Part shown: positions 17,267-26,373 of the stretch, in pieces
Numbering within the stretch: position 1 is the stretch's first letter
How the letters are laid out: each line of letters opens with the position of its first letter
From: Candidatus Latescibacterota bacterium
Lineage (GTDB): Bacteria > Latescibacterota > UBA2968 > UBA8231
Direction: 5' to 3'
Assembly (NCBI GenBank): GCA_965203355.1
Contig: OZ241889.1
Coordinates: forward strand, 3,808,001-3,872,000
Length of the DNA: 64,000 nt
Made by a program: the position numbers and the translations under genes
Notes under the pieces: generated by a model
What the model was told of the DNA's origin: nothing
Database searches by the model: none
The model's input: only the letters and a program-made list of their open reading frames with translations

Positions 17267-18640
17267 TTATCTGCTGTTCCGAACTTGATCAACGTCATCC
17301 TGATCGGGCATGAGTACAAACTCAGGATACGCTTCAATGCCGAGCTCGGCAGTATCCTGGCCGAGCTCTTCAACGCTCTGCGACACCCGCACCCCCATAA
17401 TCTTGCTCAGGGCCAACCACGCCAGCCACGAAGCCGCAAACGCGAACGCGCCCACCGCCAACACCCCGATGAGCTGGACGCCGAAGTCGCCACCGGCTGC
17501 AATGCAGACCGCCAAGGTCCCCCAGATGCCGGCGAACAAGTGGACCGGAATCGCACCTACTATGTCGTCTAGCTTGGCGACCTCCAAAAACTTCATTCCG
17601 CCGACGCACAACACGCTGCCCACGGCACCTATCAAAAGTGCCCAGTAGTGATCGACGATATCCGGCCCGGCCGTAATGGAGACCAGCCCGGCGAGCGCAC
17701 CGTTGAGAACGGCGAGCAGATCGATGCGCCCGAGGATGGGCCGCGATAGGAAGAGAGCCGCGATGACGCCGGCCGCCGCCGCAAGATTGGTATTCACGAG
17801 CACATGGCTCATGGCGACCGCGTCGATCGCGCCCGACAGCGCGAGTTGCGAGCCGCCGTTGAAACCGAACCACCCAAGCCACAAAATAAAAACGCCCAAG
17901 GTCACGGCTGGGACGTTGGACGGCGGCGTGGTCTTGACGCTGCCGTCGGCGCGAAATTTTCCGTAGCGCGCCCCGACGACGAGCGCCCCGGCGAGCGCGG
18001 CCCAACCGCCGGTCGAATGCACGATGGTAGAGCCGGCGAAATCCTTGAACCCCAGGGCACTCAGCCAGCCCCCGCCCCAAGTCCAAGCCCCGACGATGGG
18101 ATAGATGACTATCGTCAATACGGCTGTAAAAGCAAAAAACGCCCACAGCTTTACCCGCTCGGCCAGCGTTCCCGATACAATAGAAGCGGTTGTCGCGACA
18201 AAGACCATCTGAAAAAACCAATCCGACATGGTGGCTTTGCCGGCCTTTATTACGTTTGCGGCGGATGCCGCCTGGCCCGCCACCAGCTTGATTTCGTCGC
18301 CCGAAGGCCCGTATAAAAACTCGAGCGAGCCGATCCAGCCTTCTTGCACATTGACGTACATGAGATTGTAGCCAACCAAGTAGTACGTGACCCCAGCAAT
18401 CGAATAAAGCCCGATATTCTTGAGGCAGATCATGGAGGCGTTCTTAGTCCGCACGGACCCTGCTTCGAGCATGGTAAAGCCCGCGCACATCCACATTACG
18501 AGTGCGCCCCAGATGAGAAACGAGAAGGTGTTGAGAATGAATTGCAGTTCTTCGCCGCTCGCCGCATAGGCCCCGGTCGCCCCCATTAGGAGGCCACCGG
18601 CCGCGATAAATCCGCTCACCCGCAATACTTTCCGAATCAT
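17267..18640 (-). CDS. amtB: Ammonium transporter (Amt family)
   Basis: FQMVF, WTWGGG, DFAGSTIVH, WFGFNGGS and DDIVGAIPVH. Residues equivalent to the Phe gate, Trp, Ser and twin-His are all present. Confidence 0.93.
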   Translation of the reverse strand: MIRKVLRVSGFIAAGGLLMGATGAYAASGEELQFILNTFSFLIWGALVMWMCAGFTMLEAGSVRTKNASMICLKNIGLYSIAGVTYYLVGYNLMYVNVQEGWIGSLEFLYGPSGDEIKLVAGQAASAANVIKAGKATMSDWFFQMVFVATTASIVSGTLAERVKLWAFFAFTAVLTIVIYPIVGAWTWGGGWLSALGFKDFAGSTIVHSTGGWAALAGALVVGARYGKFRADGSVKTTPPSNVPAVTLGVFILWLGWFGFNGGSQLALSGAIDAVAMSHVLVNTNLAAAAGVIAALFLSRPILGRIDLLAVLNGALAGLVSITAGPDIVDHYWALLIGAVGSVLCVGGMKFLEVAKLDDIVGAIPVHLFAGIWGTLAVCIAAGGDFGVQLIGVLAVGAFAFAASWLAWLALSKIMGVRVSQSVEELGQDTAELGIEAYPEFVLMPDQDDVDQVRNSR

Positions 18641-18668
18641 AATCGATCGCTCCTTTGAGCAGTTTTAT

Positions 18669-18697
18669 AGTATAGCCAATGGCCCATCCTCTTGCAA
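18669..18697 (-). promoter_or_regulatory. sigma70-type promoter of amt-STAS
   Basis: Minus strand TTGCAA-17 bp-TATACT, ending 28 bp upstream of the amt ATG. Confidence 0.6.
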
Positions 18698-18740
18698 TTT
18701 CTATCCATAATCAAACGACAAAATGCGCTCGGAATGTCAC

Positions 18741-19538
18741 CTACACTCGCCCGCTGAACTCGCGTCCCCTGATGAGCATAAAGCGAAATTCGCCGCGTGG
18801 TTTTTCGCACTCGGTCATCAGACGCTGCTCTTCGCTTGCAGCGCCGAGGTACAGGGTCTCTGAACGGAGATAGTGCAGGGCCAAACCGCGCCGCCGATTG
18901 GGCGTGGGATTGGCACCTGTGCGGTGGAAGTTAAGACCGTGGTGGAACAAGCAAGATCCGGCCGCCAATTCTACCGGCACCGGCTCGGGAATCAGGGGAC
19001 TTGCCAGGAAGCGAGCTTTGTGCGCTGGATTGATAGGCCCCCACTTGTGGCTGCCCGGCAGCACGGTCATGCAGCCGTTTTCCACGGTGGCGTCGTCGAG
19101 GGCGACCCAGCATGAGACGTGATCTTGCGGTGCAAACTGCGGCCACGCCACGGAATCTTGGTGCCAGTCGGTGACCGTGCCGTAATAGCGCGCTTTCATC
19201 ATCAACTGGTCGCAGTAGAGTTTGATGTTGGGGCCGAGCAAATCCTCAATGACATCGACGATTTCCGCCTTGCGGGCCACGGCCTCAAAAAGCGGATCGA
19301 AATAGCACAGATGCGTCATTTTGCGCACCTGATCGAGGCGATCGACCGCAGCGTCCTCTTCCGCGCGGAAGGCGGCTTCCAACTGGACGTAGCGCGGTGG
19401 CACGTGATCGGCGTGGCCCTCGGCGATCTGCTCGCTGCGCTGGCGCAGAGCGGCTAGTTCATCGTCGGAGAGAATCCGGCGATAAGGCAGATAGCCCTGT
19501 TCCTCAAAGTGGGTTTTTTGCGCTTCCGTCAAGGCCAT
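18741..19538 (-). CDS. Phytanoyl-CoA dioxygenase (PhyH) family Fe/2OG dioxygenase
   Basis: WHQD (HxD), WVALDDAT.ENGC, PGSH and distal H...R (FHRTGANPTPNRRR). Confidence 0.88.
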   Translation of the reverse strand: MALTEAQKTHFEEQGYLPYRRILSDDELAALRQRSEQIAEGHADHVPPRYVQLEAAFRAEEDAAVDRLDQVRKMTHLCYFDPLFEAVARKAEIVDVIEDLLGPNIKLYCDQLMMKARYYGTVTDWHQDSVAWPQFAPQDHVSCWVALDDATVENGCMTVLPGSHKWGPINPAHKARFLASPLIPEPVPVELAAGSCLFHHGLNFHRTGANPTPNRRRGLALHYLRSETLYLGAASEEQRLMTECEKPRGEFRFMLIRGREFSGRV

Positions 19539-20221
19539 GAGACAGCCATATCAGCGCGGATTTCCCGAATCCAATCGACGCTCTGGCGCACCTTGGCCGC
19601 CAAACCATCCCAATCCCGGGCGGCGACGAGTTCCTTGGTAATCAGCTTGGAGCCCGCGCCGACGGCTGCAACGCCAGCCTTGAACCACGCTTCTAAGCTC
19701 TCGCGGGTGGCATCAACGCCGCCGGTGGGCATAATCCGAGTCCAAGGACAAGGCCCGAGCACGGATTGGACGAAGGCCGGGCCGCCAACCTCGCGGCCCG
19801 GGAACACCTTGACAATCTCGACGCCTAGCTCCTCGGCTTGGCCGATCTCGCTGACCGAGCCGCAGCCGGGCGAATAGGCAATTTTGCGGCGATTGCACAG
19901 CCGGGCGACCTCCTCGTTGAGCAAAGGGCCGACGACGAAGTTCGCGCCATTGGCAATATAGAGGGCCGCGGTAGGCGCGTCGCAGATCGAGCCGACGCCC
20001 ATGATGATGTCGATTTTCTCGGCCATCACGTGGCGCACGGTCTCGGCGAAGACGCGATAGGCCAAATCGCCGCGATTGGTAAATTCAGCGCAGCGAGCCC
20101 CCCCTCGGGCACAGGCTTCGACGATGTGGATGGTGGTTGCCGGGTCTTCGTTGTAAAAGACCGGGACGATCCCGGTGTCGTAGATGGCGTTGAGAACGGC
20201 CATCCGGTCGTACTGGGCCAT
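19529..20221 (-). CDS. eda: KHG/KDPG aldolase
   Basis: EFTNRG, GANFVVGP, PGCGSVSEI, VKVFPG (Schiff-base Lys) and MPTGGV. Confidence 0.85.
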   Translation of the reverse strand: MAQYDRMAVLNAIYDTGIVPVFYNEDPATTIHIVEACARGGARCAEFTNRGDLAYRVFAETVRHVMAEKIDIIMGVGSICDAPTAALYIANGANFVVGPLLNEEVARLCNRRKIAYSPGCGSVSEIGQAEELGVEIVKVFPGREVGGPAFVQSVLGPCPWTRIMPTGGVDATRESLEAWFKAGVAAVGAGSKLITKELVAARDWDGLAAKVRQSVDWIREIRADMAVSWP

Positions 20222-20249
20222 TGTGTCTCCTTATGGGCGGAATGGGTGA

Positions 20250-21011
20250 TTATCGAGCAGCCGGGGCAAAGGGCACGTGCTGCTCGGGAAAGTTGCCATA
20301 GCGGTCCGCGCCGCGCACCAAGACTGCCGGATACTTGTTGCCCAGCGAGTTGAGCTCGATCTGCGCAACGTGCGGGGCCACGTAGCGCAGCGTCAGCCCG
20401 CAGCGGCGGCGCTCGGAGGTATTGGGATTGCTGGCGTGGAATACCTGACCGTCGTGAATGGATATCTGGCCCGGCGCGAGCACTAAATCGACGGCTTGGA
20501 TGTCATCGACGAGTTCGTCGGGAATCTCCTGATTGATGCTGAGCAGGTTGCCGACTCTGGCCGATTCGCCGTGCGTGGCAAGGCCGTTTTTGTGCGAGCC
20601 GGGGATGACCCGCATACAACCGTTCTCCACATCGCTGGCATCCACGGCCACCCAAGCGGTGTGGGCTTCGGGCGGCTGCAAGCCCCAATAGGTAACGTCT
20701 TGATGCCAAGCCACAAAGTGCTTGGCCTCTGGATCGGGGTATTTGCAGAAAAAGTGCGTCGAGAGCAGCATAATGTCTCCGCCCATGACCTCCTGCATGG
20801 CGTCGAGAATGCGCGGGTCCGTGGCCATTTGCCAGATGAACTCTTCGTCGAGATGGCGGGCTTGCAGGCCGATCTGGCACGTTGAGCGGCCCTCGCGGCC
20901 CTCCAATTCGTCGAAGCAGGAGCGGAAGTAATCGATCTCGCTAGGGCTGAACAGGTCAAGGCCCGTGAGAAAGCCTTGCTCGGCATAGGTCTGGGCGGCG
21001 TCTTGGGTCAT
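20250..21011 (-). CDS. PhyH family Fe/2OG dioxygenase
   Basis: WHQDVTYWGL, ENGCMRVIPGSH and HASNPNTSERRRCG; ATG 21011 follows GGAG. Confidence 0.88.
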   Translation of the reverse strand: MTQDAAQTYAEQGFLTGLDLFSPSEIDYFRSCFDELEGREGRSTCQIGLQARHLDEEFIWQMATDPRILDAMQEVMGGDIMLLSTHFFCKYPDPEAKHFVAWHQDVTYWGLQPPEAHTAWVAVDASDVENGCMRVIPGSHKNGLATHGESARVGNLLSINQEIPDELVDDIQAVDLVLAPGQISIHDGQVFHASNPNTSERRRCGLTLRYVAPHVAQIELNSLGNKYPAVLVRGADRYGNFPEQHVPFAPAAR

Positions 21012-21116
21012 GGCGACTCCGTTTTTGTAGGGCTGCGGCTTCGTGTATATATTGCACAAATCCCCCGCGCGCAACAAGGCTCGGTTCGCCGCGTCAACAC
21101 CTGGAGGAAGGCCGCA

Positions 21117-22349
21117 ATGGGCCGTGTGCAGATCAACGAGGAACTGCTATCGGACAGCACCTATTTTGCCCCAGCAAGTCGGCGGGCAGCACTAACGGAA
21201 ATGTTTGAATTCCGCGACCGACGAGTCGCGTTTGGGGCGGGTGCCCTGTCGCAGCTAGCCGCCGAGTGCGTCCGCCTTGGCGCGGGCCGAGTGCTACTAA
21301 TCCACGACCCGGGCCTTGCCCCACTCGCCGATGTAGTCCGCCAAGCCCTCAACGGCTTAGACGTGGTGGGCACGTACCGCGAGATCGCGCCCAACCCCTC
21401 GGTGCAAAGCGTCAATGCCTGCGCCCACACCTTGGCAACCGCGGATTTCGACGTGGCTGTCGCCTTGGGCGGCGGCAGCACCATGGACACGGCCAAGGCC
21501 GCGCTCTGCACCGCGGCCAATGGCGGCTCGGTGGCCGATTACTTTGGCTTCGACCTGTACGAAAAACCACCGCTAGCCCCGCTCGTCGGCATCCCAACCA
21601 CGGCCGGCACGGGCAGCGAGGTCAGCCGGGTGGCCGTGATTGCCGACGCAACGGGCAAGCAGGCCGTGTACAGCCGCTATTTACAGCCCAAGGCCGCGCT
21701 GGTGGACCCGCGTTTGCACCGAGACTTGCCACCACTATTGACCGCGATCACCGGCTTGGACGCCCTCGGGCACGCCCTCGAATGCACGGCTTCCACCAAG
21801 AGCAATGCCATCGGCGACGCCGTGGCGCGAGCAGCCCTGACCGCCGGGTGCCCGGCATACGTACAAGCCGTAGTCCGCGGCGATCCAGACGCCCGCCATC
21901 AAATGGCGCGTTGTGCCCTACTCGCGGGGCTGCTGTTGAGTCCCATCAACACCGGGGCTGGCCACGCACTCGGCTACGGGATCGAAAAGATCGCCTTTGA
22001 GCGCGGCGCACCCGTGCCGCACGGCGCGGCCGTGGCTCTCGTCTTGCCCGGCGTGATGCGGCACAACGCCCCAGCCGTGGCCGACAAATACTACTTTGCC
22101 GCTGGGGTGGCCGGGCTGGCACTGGGCGGCAAGAGCCGCGAGGCGGGCGTCGAACTGGCCGCGCAATGGATCGACGGATTGCGGCGGCAGTACACCCCCT
22201 ACGGCTCGCTGAGCGCGGCTGGGATAACCGCCGCCGACATTCCGCAAATGGTCGAAAGTGCCCTGAGCGTCCAGCGCCTGCTCGAGCCCAATCCAGTCGC
22301 CGTGGAAGCAGCCGACGCCGTCCGCATCTATCAGAACGCACTCAACTAA
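21117..22349 (+). CDS. Iron-containing alcohol dehydrogenase
   Basis: GGGSTMD, PTTAGTGSE, DALGHALE, GHALG and PHG; GGAGG RBS before ATG 21117. Confidence 0.88.
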   Translation: MGRVQINEELLSDSTYFAPASRRAALTEMFEFRDRRVAFGAGALSQLAAECVRLGAGRVLLIHDPGLAPLADVVRQALNGLDVVGTYREIAPNPSVQSVNACAHTLATADFDVAVALGGGSTMDTAKAALCTAANGGSVADYFGFDLYEKPPLAPLVGIPTTAGTGSEVSRVAVIADATGKQAVYSRYLQPKAALVDPRLHRDLPPLLTAITGLDALGHALECTASTKSNAIGDAVARAALTAGCPAYVQAVVRGDPDARHQMARCALLAGLLLSPINTGAGHALGYGIEKIAFERGAPVPHGAAVALVLPGVMRHNAPAVADKYYFAAGVAGLALGGKSREAGVELAAQWIDGLRRQYTPYGSLSAAGITAADIPQMVESALSVQRLLEPNPVAVEAADAVRIYQNALN

Positions 22350-22365
22350 AGTGAAAGGAACCGCG

Positions 22366-22839
22366 ATGGCGTTTGATCCCCAGCTTCAGCGGCAAATTAT
22401 GGGCCGCTTTGCCACCGGCGTCACCGTGGTGACCGCCGCCTGCGACGGCCAGCTTTGGGGCATGACGGCCAACGCAGTCATGTCGCTGTCGCTGTCGCCG
22501 CCGCTGGTGGTGGTCTCAGTTGACAAAAGCGCGTCCATGCACGGCCTGTTGCAAAAAGCCGAGGGCTTTGCCATCAACATCCTAAAGCGCGAGCAGGAGG
22601 CTCTTTCCGTGCGCTTTGCCCAGCGCGGCCCCAAGAACTTTGCGGATCTGGCGACCAAAGTGGCCCAGACCGGGGCGCCGATTCTGGCCGACGCCTTGGC
22701 CTATGTGGACTGCAGGCTAGTGGACATCGCGGCCGCGGGCGACCACGACATGTTCATCGGCGAATGCCTGGCCGGCGAGGCGAGCAGCGGGACGCCGCTG
22801 ATCTTTTTCGGCGGGCAATACGCCGAGTTGACCGATTAA
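22366..22839 (+). CDS. Flavin reductase-like protein
   Basis: GRFATGVTVVT, GMTANA, SLSPPLV and GDH. Confidence 0.9.
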   Translation: MAFDPQLQRQIMGRFATGVTVVTAACDGQLWGMTANAVMSLSLSPPLVVVSVDKSASMHGLLQKAEGFAINILKREQEALSVRFAQRGPKNFADLATKVAQTGAPILADALAYVDCRLVDIAAAGDHDMFIGECLAGEASSGTPLIFFGGQYAELTD

Positions 22840-22866
22840 ACCAACCCCGGAGAAAGGAATGCTAGG

Positions 22867-23280
22867 ATGCACAAAAAAATCACCAAAAGCGACGCCGAGT
22901 GGCGGCGAGAACTCACCGAAGAGCAGTACTACGTAACGCGGCAGAAGGGCACCGAGCGCGCCTTTACCGGCGAACTCTGCGACAACAAAGAGCCGGGCGT
23001 CTATCGCTGCGTCTGCTGCGGCAGCGAGCTGTTCAGTTCGGCAGCCAAGTACGATTCGCGGTCTGGTTGGCCCAGTTTCTGGCAGCCCATCGCCGCCGGC
23101 AAGGTCGCCGAAAAGCGCGACATCAGCCACGGCATGATGCGCACCGAGGTGCTGTGCAGCCAGTGTGACGCCCATCTCGGCCACGTCTTCCCCGACGGCC
23201 CCCAGCCGACCGGCCGACGCTACTGCATGAACTCAGCGGCACTTAAATTTGAGCGCGAACAGAAAGGTGAGAACTCTTGA
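22867..23280 (+). CDS. msrB: Peptide-methionine (R)-S-oxide reductase
   Basis: GTERAFTG, CxxC pairs, [15 protein letters not shown] and RYCMNS. Confidence 0.96.
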   Translation: MHKKITKSDAEWRRELTEEQYYVTRQKGTERAFTGELCDNKEPGVYRCVCCGSELFSSAAKYDSRSGWPSFWQPIAAGKVAEKRDISHGMMRTEVLCSQCDAHLGHVFPDGPQPTGRRYCMNSAALKFEREQKGENS

Positions 23281-24083
23281 ACGATGAGCAGTACTTGCGG
23301 ATTGTGCTCAAACGCATTCGAGTATCCGCAAAATACAGGCCAAAATTCGGGCGTGGAAGCCAAGATAAGGGCCTGTCATTGGACGAGTTCCAAGTGCTTT
23401 ATGGCAGCGATCCCTTCTATTCCTGGTTCGGCCTCGACAATCCATTGATGTACGCCGCACATAAGGCTGCGGGCGGTATGACAAGCATTTACAGGCAGAT
23501 CGGGATCGGATGCGAAGAATTAGTTCGCACCATCTTGCAGGATTGCCTAGGGCTTTCTGTAGAAGACGCGAACTGGTCCTATGAACTCCCAACATCTGGT
23601 GGCAAAACGAGGAAGCTCCACCTCGACGGAAGGGTGATTTTGGATAAGATCGGGGATGAAGACTCTCGTGGGCGTTTCCACCAATGGATGAAGGATTCGG
23701 CAAACCTTGTAAACGTGGATTCTGACGTATCTGCAACCTTGAAGGGCACTGTCTTCGAGATTCGCCAAGGTTACAAAAGTAAGGACTCCAAGAGACAGAA
23801 CGCCGATATAGTCAACGCTACCAACGCTTATGTACAAGCCTATTTGCCTTGCGCCTTAGTTTTGTCCACGCAGATTGACTCGGATATCCTGTTGCGATAC
23901 AGGGATCGAAAGTGGGCCATCCTCACTGGTGTAATCGGGACATCGGACCCCTTATCATCAACCTACGATTTTCTACAAGAGGTCGTCGGTTATGACTTGG
24001 CGGGATTTTTCAGCCGGAACCAAGATACTCTGAAAAGCGAAATCGACTCGATGCTGGGCAAACTGCTAGAGCCATCGCCATGA
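23277..24083 (+). CDS. Putative type II restriction endonuclease
   Basis: Lower GC; coupled to the downstream MTase; D...[14 protein letters not shown] resembles a PD-(D/E)xK-type site. Specificity unknown. Confidence 0.6.
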   Translation: MNDEQYLRIVLKRIRVSAKYRPKFGRGSQDKGLSLDEFQVLYGSDPFYSWFGLDNPLMYAAHKAAGGMTSIYRQIGIGCEELVRTILQDCLGLSVEDANWSYELPTSGGKTRKLHLDGRVILDKIGDEDSRGRFHQWMKDSANLVNVDSDVSATLKGTVFEIRQGYKSKDSKRQNADIVNATNAYVQAYLPCALVLSTQIDSDILLRYRDRKWAILTGVIGTSDPLSSTYDFLQEVVGYDLAGFFSRNQDTLKSEIDSMLGKLLEPSP

Positions 24084-25321
24084 ACGAGAAACTGCGACGC
24101 TCACTCACACAAAGGGTAGATTACACCTACAAGCACAACGCCGAATCCGGGCGGCATGGTTGGCTGCGTCTGACTCCTGCTTACTCGCTCAAAATTGTCG
24201 ACGAAATTCTGCTAGCGTACGAAGGCATCGCCAAAACCAATGTTTTCGATCCTTTTTGCGGGACCGGGACGACCGCTCTCTGTGCGGCGTATCACGGCTA
24301 CTCCACAGTCACTGTGGAAATCAATCCCTTTTTGGTCTGGTTCAGTCGCACCAAGACCGGCACTTATTCTACACAGGTGATCTCCGAACTGACTCAGGCC
24401 GGCCATGCGGTGGCTGACGACATTTGCCATGGCAGGACACCAAGCGCGTCAATACCGCGTATGCACAACATTGAACGATGGTGGAACGCCACCTCACTCG
24501 ATTTCCTTTGCGCCCTAAAAGGTGCCATAGATACCAGATTTACCAAACAGACCGAGCAACATTCTTTGCTTTTGATCGCGTTCTGTCGGACCTTGATCCA
24601 TCTTTCCAATGCCGCCTTTAACCACCAGTCCATGTCCTTTAAGTTGGGCGTTCAGGCGACCTTTGATTTCGATGTCGATTTGTGCGGAGTTTTTATTAAA
24701 AATCTGAACTTTGTTCTGGGAGGAGCGAGGGAAAATCCGGCGGGTCGAGTACGCGTCCACCTCGCCGACTCTCGCCAGCTTGAAAAAAAAGAGGTCGCCT
24801 CAGTCGATTGCGTCATTACTTCGCCTCCGTACGCTAACCGGATGTCGTATATCCGCGAACTTCGTCCATACATGTACTGGCTCGGCTATCTCGTGAATGG
24901 CCGAGATGCCGGAGAAATGGATTGGGAAGCTATTGGAGGCACTTGGGGGATTGCTACCAGCAGACTAGGAAAGTGGACGGCTCCATCGCACGGGTTCCAA
25001 TCTGAACTTCTGAGCGATGCAGTGGAAAAAATCAGAAAAGCAGAAAACAAGAATGGTCAACTTTTGGCAAACTACGTGTCGAAGTACTTCTGCGATATGT
25101 GGAGCCACTTTCAATCGCTGATCGGCGTACTCAACAATGGGGCGAAAATTCACTACATTGTCGGCAATTCAACGTTCTATGGAGTCTTAGTCCCGGTCGA
25201 GCAAATCTATGCGGAGATGTTGTCCCAACTCGGGTTCTCCAAGGTGGAGTGCGTTCCCATCAGAAAGCGCAATTCCAAGAAGGAGTTGATCGAGTTCGAC
25301 GTAAGGGCTCGTTGGAAGTAA
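24080..25321 (+). CDS. DNA amino-methyltransferase, probably N4-cytosine (alpha-type motif order)
   Basis: Motif I FDPFCGTGTT near the N-terminus; motif IV TSPPY. Confidence 0.85.
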   Translation: MNEKLRRSLTQRVDYTYKHNAESGRHGWLRLTPAYSLKIVDEILLAYEGIAKTNVFDPFCGTGTTALCAAYHGYSTVTVEINPFLVWFSRTKTGTYSTQVISELTQAGHAVADDICHGRTPSASIPRMHNIERWWNATSLDFLCALKGAIDTRFTKQTEQHSLLLIAFCRTLIHLSNAAFNHQSMSFKLGVQATFDFDVDLCGVFIKNLNFVLGGARENPAGRVRVHLADSRQLEKKEVASVDCVITSPPYANRMSYIRELRPYMYWLGYLVNGRDAGEMDWEAIGGTWGIATSRLGKWTAPSHGFQSELLSDAVEKIRKAENKNGQLLANYVSKYFCDMWSHFQSLIGVLNNGAKIHYIVGNSTFYGVLVPVEQIYAEMLSQLGFSKVECVPIRKRNSKKELIEFDVRARWK

Positions 25322-25385
25322 TCCGCTTTTTTCGCAAGTCCTCGCCCAATCCCCATGCTCGCTCCAGACGCCTTTCCGCACAGGA

Positions 25386-26351
25386 TCAAGGGAACTTGAG
25401 CACGACTTTCAGGGCTTGGTGCGGCTCGGGGTCGTCGAAGGCCATGACAAAGGCTTGCTGGATCTCGGCAAAGGGCAGGACGTGGCTGACGATCGGCGCC
25501 ACGTCAATGCGCTCCTCGACAATCCAATCGAGCGCGGGCCGGTAGTCGCGGTCGGGATTGGGACCGATCGAGAAAACCAAGCGCAATTCTTGGCGCAGCA
25601 AATCCAACATCTTGACCGTCATCAAGCCCTCGACGTGTTCCTTGTCCGGGACGCCAAAGCAGATGACTTGGGCGTTGCGGCGGCAGAGCGCGGGAATCAT
25701 GCCGAAAGACTGGGAAACGCCGGTAGCCTCGACCGCGAGATCCGCCATGGCACCGCCCGTGATCGCGGCGACCGCCGCGACTGGATCCTCGGCGAGGCCA
25801 ATCGCGTGCGTGGCGCCCATCTGACGGGCGACTTTGAGGCGATAGGCGAGCGGGTCAATGGCCATGATCCGCCGGGCACCCAAGTTGCGCAGTACCGCGT
25901 TGAAAAGCAGCCCTACCGGCCCTTGGCCGATCACTACCACGTCTTGGTCAATGATATTGCCCAGCTTGTAGAAGCTGTGGATCACGGTGCCTAAAAGCTG
26001 GCTCATCAGCACCTTCTCTTCGGGCAGATCGCCGGGCAGGCGGATGCAACCGCCGCGGTCCTTGGCGAGGACGTACTCTTGGAAAAGCCCGCGGTCAAAT
26101 CCCCACAACAACACCCGTTCCCCCGCCCGGTAGCGCCCCGACGGGCAAACTTCGACCACGCCCATGCCTTCGTGCCCAGTAGCTCCGGGCGGCTGCGGAT
26201 AGCGCTGGTGGGGGCCGCAAAACGGCGGCTTGTCGCTGCCGCAAACCGCGACTCGCTCCATTTTCACCAGCATCTGGTCGCCGACTGGCTGCGGCTTGTC
26301 CGTCTCGATAATTTCCCACTGACGCGGGGCGACTAGTTGGGCGGCGCGCAT
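25386..26351 (-). CDS. Zinc-binding dehydrogenase (MDR family, no structural-Zn loop)
   Basis: VCGSD, GHE and GQGPVG; 26366 is an alternative start. Confidence 0.85.
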   Translation of the reverse strand: MRAAQLVAPRQWEIIETDKPQPVGDQMLVKMERVAVCGSDKPPFCGPHQRYPQPPGATGHEGMGVVEVCPSGRYRAGERVLLWGFDRGLFQEYVLAKDRGGCIRLPGDLPEEKVLMSQLLGTVIHSFYKLGNIIDQDVVVIGQGPVGLLFNAVLRNLGARRIMAIDPLAYRLKVARQMGATHAIGLAEDPVAAVAAITGGAMADLAVEATGVSQSFGMIPALCRRNAQVICFGVPDKEHVEGLMTVKMLDLLRQELRLVFSIGPNPDRDYRPALDWIVEERIDVAPIVSHVLPFAEIQQAFVMAFDDPEPHQALKVVLKFP

Positions 26352-26373
26352 ACTTTTCCCTTCCATTCTATCT

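Noticed and set aside
17230-17373. Longer STAS start overlapping amt, or an Amt-STAS fusion
   Set aside because: amt has its own stop, and STAS has a GTG with an RBS at 17229 in a different frame. No slippery site was evident.
18680-18696. sigma54-like TGGC...TTGCA near amt
   Set aside because: GG-to-GC spacing is 11 rather than 10, and it lies on the wrong strand.
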